64,000 bases of DNA from Clostridium sp. CAG:568. GTDB lineage: Bacteria; Bacillota_I; Bacilli_A; RFN20; CAG-288. Location of the stretch: the NCBI GenBank assembly GCA_000434395.1, contig FR878803.1, forward strand, positions 13,172 through 77,171. Reading direction: 5' to 3'. Positions 59,628-64,000 of this stretch are shown piece after piece. Below the pieces are notes generated by a model that saw nothing but the letters and a program-made list of their open reading frames with translations, searched no databases and had not been told where the DNA came from. The position numbers and the translations under genes are program-made. Every line of letters starts with the position of its first letter. The first letter of the stretch is position 1.

Positions 59628-60907
59628 GCTTTATGGCCTCCTATTTGAGTGAGTCTGTTCTTTTCAGTTGAATGTTCTTGTAAGGACGAACACCTCATAA
59701 CTGACGTGTTTCCAAACCTTTCTCTTATTTTGTCAATGGTCTCATCCATTCTCTTGTCTTTATCATGTTTAGACCAATCGGTCATGAAATCTAGTTGCAT
59801 CGAATCTATATCCACCAATTCACCACCGACCAAACATAAGCTCCTTATCAAAAGATTTAAAGGACACGAACTAGTCAACAATTCTATAGCTTGTTCTATC
59901 TCGTTAGAGGTTTCTAATGGTCTTTCAAATCTCAAGCTTCTTCCATAGCTTTGTGATTTATCCTTAGATCCTCCGAAAAACAAATCCAATCTATTCATAG
60001 CCATATGATTGTCTCTAAGTCTTCTAGATAAGACTCTTCCCATTTCTTTAGCAACACCTATAGCTTCATTTATATCAGCATCGAAGAACAAAACTTGGCC
60101 TACCGATAAAGACTTTGGTTTTGTTTTAATTTGTGAAGAGATAACAGCCTTATCAATTCCGTTAGCGTGAAGATAAAGTTCCTCACCTTTTATTCCAAAT
60201 TTTCGAGATAGATATAAAGGATCAGAGCATGCAATATCTCCCATGGTTTCAAAGCCCAAAACGTTCAATCTCTTCTCCATTCTCTCCCCTATTCCCCACA
60301 CTTTGGATAAAGGATGAATAGGCCAAAGCTTTTGCTGAATGTCAGCTCTAGTCCATTTATCGAACAAATCCTTCTTGTGCTTAGCTCCTAAATCCATAGC
60401 AACTTTAGCCAAGAATATATTCTCACCAATTCCAGCACAAACAGTGAGACCTGTTTGTGTCTTTACTTTAGCTATGATTTCTTTAGCATACTCGATATCC
60501 GTTTGTCCTTTAGCCTTTAAATAGTTAGTAACATCTAAAAAAGATTCATCTATAGAATAAACGTGAATATCACTAGCTTCGACGTATTCTCTATATATAG
60601 ATGTTACTTCAGCTGATTTCTCTAAGTATCTTTTCATTCGAGGAACAGCATAAATAATATCCGGAATATTTTTAGGAAGCTCGTATCTCCTACATCTACT
60701 AGGAATACCCTTGGCTTTCAAAAAAGGAGAAACAGCCAAAACTATCGTACCATCGCCTCTATCAGGATCACATACAACTAATGGAGTAGTGAAAGGATCA
60801 AGACCACGATCTATACATTCGACAGAAGCATAAAAACTTTTTAAATCTATAGACAATATATTTCTTGGCTTATAACCAGATAACAAATCTTTATCGCTTA
60901 TATCCAT
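59624..60907 (-). CDS. Y-family DNA polymerase (UmuC/DinB/UvrX-like)
   Basis: N-terminus ILSIDLKSFYASVECIDRGLDP. Finger and little-finger regions present. Confidence 0.8.
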   Translation of the reverse strand: MDISDKDLLSGYKPRNILSIDLKSFYASVECIDRGLDPFTTPLVVCDPDRGDGTIVLAVSPFLKAKGIPSRCRRYELPKNIPDIIYAVPRMKRYLEKSAEVTSIYREYVEASDIHVYSIDESFLDVTNYLKAKGQTDIEYAKEIIAKVKTQTGLTVCAGIGENIFLAKVAMDLGAKHKKDLFDKWTRADIQQKLWPIHPLSKVWGIGERMEKRLNVLGFETMGDIACSDPLYLSRKFGIKGEELYLHANGIDKAVISSQIKTKPKSLSVGQVLFFDADINEAIGVAKEMGRVLSRRLRDNHMAMNRLDLFFGGSKDKSQSYGRSLRFERPLETSNEIEQAIELLTSSCPLNLLIRSLCLVGGELVDIDSMQLDFMTDWSKHDKDKRMDETIDKIRERFGNTSVMRCSSLQEHSTEKNRLTQIGGHKA

Positions 60908-61057
60908 GGCTGCCTCCTTTCTTTTCCAATATCATATCAAATTTAAAAGAGGCCATTTTCCCAATGGGTAGATTTTAGAACTATTAAAAATCAGCCTACA
61001 TTACTAAGCAAAAAATATAAAGAAAATATGAAATAATAAAGAAAAGAGGAAACAACA

Positions 61058-61303
61058 GTGACTAAAGAACAATTATTCAAATGGGTCGATACAGGTCGTG
61101 AACTTGAATTCAACTACAAAGGGAAAGATTATTCAATAACCTATTACAATGACGATAGGAAGGATTTTATTTCTTTTTGCGAAGCATATGATGAAACCGT
61201 AGATGTAGCGACAGTCGACGAGCTTTGGAATTCGACCTACAAAGGAATAAAATTGTCCGATATGTTATCTTCAATCCCTGAAGATAAAGTTGACGTGTTT
61301 TAA
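61058..61303 (+). CDS. small hypothetical protein (81 aa)
   Basis: GAGGAAACAACAGTG context with a GTG/ATG start. No recognisable motif. Confidence 0.35.
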   Translation: MTKEQLFKWVDTGRELEFNYKGKDYSITYYNDDRKDFISFCEAYDETVDVATVDELWNSTYKGIKLSDMLSSIPEDKVDVF

Positions 61304-61334
61304 AAATTCGAACAACTAAAAGCACAAGACAATA

Positions 61335-61368
61335 AAAAACAGCAACTTAATCAGTTGCTGCTTTTTAT
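61335..61368. terminator. bidirectional intrinsic terminator between convergent genes
   Basis: Stem CAGCAAC/GTTGCTG with loop TTAATCA, flanked by A6 upstream and T5ATT downstream. Confidence 0.65.
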
Positions 61369-61374
61369 TGCAAT

Positions 61375-62643
61375 CTATTCATCCTTATCAATTATATGAC
61401 CTGAAGAAGAAATATTTTTCTCATCTCCATCAAATGGAAAATTATCTTTATTCGCTGGAACATTCTTCACATCATCATTTACTTTGGACCTTATTTTATC
61501 GGAGTTATCCGTGACCAACTCATCAGGAAGCTCTGGAGTTGGAACAAAATCTTTGTCCTTTTTATTTAATCTTTTAGTTAGTTTGGATTTTCTTGAAAAA
61601 TATTTCTTAAAGGCTTGAGGTGTAAAGAACAAATCAAGAATTATGAATATAGCGATAAAAGCTAAGACGACCAAAGCCATTACAGATACAGGAACCTTAT
61701 GTCCAAAGAAATCTAGCTCTAAACTAAAGTCACCTTCAACACCTTTTATGAAAGCTGTAATTTCTTGCTCACTCTTAGTTATTAGACCACTACCACTATT
61801 AGATGCATCGATCAAAGTTTGATAAAGTTCAGTCAATGGTTTACGCATAAAGTAATTTCTAAACAACCCTGATGAATAGGAACCAGGGAAGAACATGGTT
61901 AGATATTGAACATATCTAGGCATCATCGAAGCTGGTAGATATGCGCCACACAAGAATCCAATAGCGGCTGAGAAAATGGCTGTTACCGAAGACAATACTG
62001 AAACACTATTCACAAAGGAGCAAATAAAATGTACTAAAAGCGTGGCACTAATTGTAGAAAGGAGCATAACTCCTACGATTGCACATCCATCTATGAAATC
62101 AGGAAGAATTGCCCCATAAGCAGCTAAGTAAATCAGACAAATTAAATAAACTATAAAATTGACTAAGAAAGTAACAACAGCATTGAACACAGCATATGAA
62201 ACAGTGACTGTCGATCCACTAATAGGAGAAGAAGCAAAGTCTTTTGTAATTCCCATCTCCTTATCAGTTACCATAACATTTTCAGTATTTAAAGCAACCG
62301 TAATACAAGAGACAGACAAGACACCTGCTATCATCCATTCATCTGCAATACCCCTAATTTTATGTACCAGTTCTAATGCCTCTTTAGTCGCATTCTCAGG
62401 ATCGAACTCAAATCCCAAGCCTTCCTTGATAGCTGCATCCAATTGAGATACTTCCATAGGCCTTAAGAAAATTACATAAACCACTAATACCACGAGTGGG
62501 ACCATTAAGGAAAACAAGACAAGGGTATGATTTTTCCAAAATACTTTGAAATGTCTTTTGACTAAATAATAAAGGACGCTCAATTGATTAGGCTTTTTAT
62601 ACAATTCAGCTTTGGATTCGTTATTAACACTATTATTCATCAC
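61375..62643 (-). CDS. ABC-2 type exporter permease with a C-terminal cytoplasmic tail
   Basis: 6 TM helices. 4-nt overlap with the upstream ABC ATPase gene. Confidence 0.6.
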   Translation of the reverse strand: MMNNSVNNESKAELYKKPNQLSVLYYLVKRHFKVFWKNHTLVLFSLMVPLVVLVVYVIFLRPMEVSQLDAAIKEGLGFEFDPENATKEALELVHKIRGIADEWMIAGVLSVSCITVALNTENVMVTDKEMGITKDFASSPISGSTVTVSYAVFNAVVTFLVNFIVYLICLIYLAAYGAILPDFIDGCAIVGVMLLSTISATLLVHFICSFVNSVSVLSSVTAIFSAAIGFLCGAYLPASMMPRYVQYLTMFFPGSYSSGLFRNYFMRKPLTELYQTLIDASNSGSGLITKSEQEITAFIKGVEGDFSLELDFFGHKVPVSVMALVVLAFIAIFIILDLFFTPQAFKKYFSRKSKLTKRLNKKDKDFVPTPELPDELVTDNSDKIRSKVNDDVKNVPANKDNFPFDGDEKNISSSGHIIDKDE

Positions 62644-63629
62644 TTGCCTTCCTCCATATTTCTAACACCAGTCAAGTTCAAGAAAACATCATCCATACTT
62701 CCTTTGACCACTTCAAAATCAGTCAATAGATTTTTGTTCTTATCTATGAAATCTATAGCATCGATTGAGTTTTTGACTAGAATTCTATAATAATTGCTAT
62801 CGTGATTATACGTAAACTTTCTTCCTTGTAATAAAAATTGGTTCTCCCAATCTTCATTGTTCTTACCATAAACTAACACATAATCACCAGAATATTGGTT
62901 CTTCAACTGAGTAGGAGTTCCTTGAGCGATTATATTACCCTTATCCATTACGACGGCATAAGTAGCTTTCTCTGCTTCTTCCATATAATGAGTTGTAAGG
63001 AAGACTGTCATTCCTGTTTTTTCTCTCAAATCATTCACCAAATTCCATACGGAGATTCTTGTTTGAGGATCCAAACCTGTAGTAGGTTCATCCAATATCA
63101 AAAGCTTTGGATCATGCACCATAGCTCTAGCTATATCGACACGTCTCTTTTGACCACCAGATAACTTGCCGACAGGTCTTTTTAAGAAAGATTGAAGGCC
63201 GAGCATATCTATAAGTTTTTGAATTCTTTCTTTCTTAAAAGCTCCTCTCAATCCATAGAAACCAGCTCTTATTTCCAAATTATCAATTGGAGAAAGCAAA
63301 GGATCCAAAACTGAATTTTGAAAGACTATTCCTATCTCGCTTTTGATGAGATCTGAATAATGATCTTGATCATAGCCATCCAAATAAATCTTTCCGCTAT
63401 CTTTTGAAAGAATAGAAGTAATGATATTAATTGTCGTTGATTTGCCAGCTCCGTTTTGTCCTAAGAAAGCAAATAAAGATTTCTTTTTCACTGAAAAAGA
63501 AATATCGTTTACAGCAGTTAAATCACCATATTTCTTGACTAAATGCTGAACAGATAATATTTCATCTTTTACTACAACTGAGTCATTCCTCGAAGGAGAC
63601 CCAAATAAATGAAAAGGTTTAGAGCTCAT
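62640..63629 (-). CDS. ABC transporter ATP-binding protein (ABC-2/DrrA-like)
   Basis: Walker A GQNGAGKST, signature LSGGQKRRVDIARAM, Walker B LLILDEPTTGLD. Confidence 0.8.
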   Translation of the reverse strand: MSSKPFHLFGSPSRNDSVVVKDEILSVQHLVKKYGDLTAVNDISFSVKKKSLFAFLGQNGAGKSTTINIITSILSKDSGKIYLDGYDQDHYSDLIKSEIGIVFQNSVLDPLLSPIDNLEIRAGFYGLRGAFKKERIQKLIDMLGLQSFLKRPVGKLSGGQKRRVDIARAMVHDPKLLILDEPTTGLDPQTRISVWNLVNDLREKTGMTVFLTTHYMEEAEKATYAVVMDKGNIIAQGTPTQLKNQYSGDYVLVYGKNNEDWENQFLLQGRKFTYNHDSNYYRILVKNSIDAIDFIDKNKNLLTDFEVVKGSMDDVFLNLTGVRNMEEGK

Positions 63630-63855
63630 ATAACCTCCTTACATTAATGCGTATTTTATCATACCAACAATTTATAAGAAAAAGCTAGACAAGGTATGTA
63701 TCATTCTTTTTTTAAAACAATTTATTGTCCTTTTCAAAGTAAAAGTTCAACAAATCCACTTTTACTAAGGTATATGTTTTATTGAGATTCTAACCACCTA
63801 CTAAATCATTCTCATCATGTTAAAATAAATCGAATAGAAAGGATTAAATTTTAAC

Positions 63856-64000
63856 TATGGAAAAAGAAGAAATTGACAACACTCCTACCCCACACAACAG
63901 TGGAAGAAAAGGAGATTTCGCCAAAGTTTGTTTGATGCCTGGAGACCCTTTAAGAGCCAAGTTTATCGCTGAAAACTTTCTTGAAAACCCTGTACAAGTA
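63856..64000 (+). CDS. deoD: purine nucleoside phosphorylase, DeoD type (5' end only; continues beyond window)
   Basis: N-terminus [45 protein letters not shown] matches the DeoD N-terminus ([24 protein letters not shown]). AAAGGA RBS. Confidence 0.75.

Noticed and set aside
60908-61057. LexA/Cheo box upstream of the Y-family polymerase
   Set aside because: No GAAC-N4-GTTC-like motif seen by eye. Only a lone GAAC is present.
1-64000. Alternative genetic code (TGA=Trp, Mollicutes code 4)
   Set aside because: The longest ORFs (1161, 1064, 988 and 834 aa) are open under the standard code and use TGG for Trp, for example in INWHYF and FWWDG. Gene ends coincide with TGA, TAA or TAG followed by terminators. 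Table 11 fits.
1-64000. CRISPR arrays, transposases, integrases
   Set aside because: No regularly spaced direct repeats of 25-40 bp and no transposase, integrase or recombinase motifs were seen in any frame.

Overview
This 64-kb window is a low-GC (about 30% by eye) Firmicutes/Mollicutes-like chromosomal segment that uses the standard genetic code. ORFs of 800-1160 aa contain no in-frame TGA and use TGG for Trp, and several lipoproteins carry L-x-S-C lipoboxes. I call 48 protein-coding genes and 6 tRNAs; I see no CRISPR array and no transposase or integrase. There is one truncated gene at each edge: a membrane protein at the 5' end and deoD at the 3' end. Most genes are on the minus strand in tightly packed operons.

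Housekeeping content:
- comFA-comFC
- a HAD hydrolase and an acyl-ACP thioesterase
- ftsK, and rplM-rpsI
- a BMP-family nucleoside ABC importer (lipoprotein, tandem ATPase, two permeases)
- an acyl-CoA synthetase
- an operon holding an M16 peptidase pair, acpS, a type I pullulanase and plsC
- two ABC exporters
- a Y-family polymerase with a YolD-like partner
- two glycosyltransferase-like genes
- a five-tRNA operon (Val-Tyr-Gln-Lys-Leu) with a near-consensus promoter and terminator, plus a lone tRNA-Thr(CGT)

Most interesting regions:
1. A MukFEB/JetABC-like SMC operon (kleisin-like 490 aa, KITE-like 239 aa, SMC-like 1161 aa). It ends in a strong intrinsic terminator, and no JetD/MksG-like Toprim nuclease gene lies next to it.
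2. A roughly 10-kb minus-strand cluster of nine closely spaced genes. It holds a SipW-like (ER-type, Ser/His, GDNN motif) signal peptidase and an McrB-like AAA+ ATPase with an N-terminal 4-5 TM domain. A 466-aa partner follows, carrying a C-terminal C4 zinc ribbon and an IIDLDYK motif. The rest is an ABC-2 exporter and three secreted or surface proteins: a beta-helix protein, a repeat lipoprotein with a Flg_new domain, and a Big_2-VanZ fusion.
3. A 398-aa protein that looks like a catalytically dead ABC/SMC-like ATPase.
4. A membrane-anchored HNH endonuclease upstream of rplM.
5. A small islet next to tRNA-Thr with a class II Fic protein, palindromic operator-like repeats, an HTH-TM-zinc-ribbon regulator and a 29-codon HTH remnant.
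6. In-frame tandem repeats inside a permease gene and a glycosyltransferase gene.

Coordinates of small RNA and regulatory features may be off by 1-2 nt because they were read by eye.
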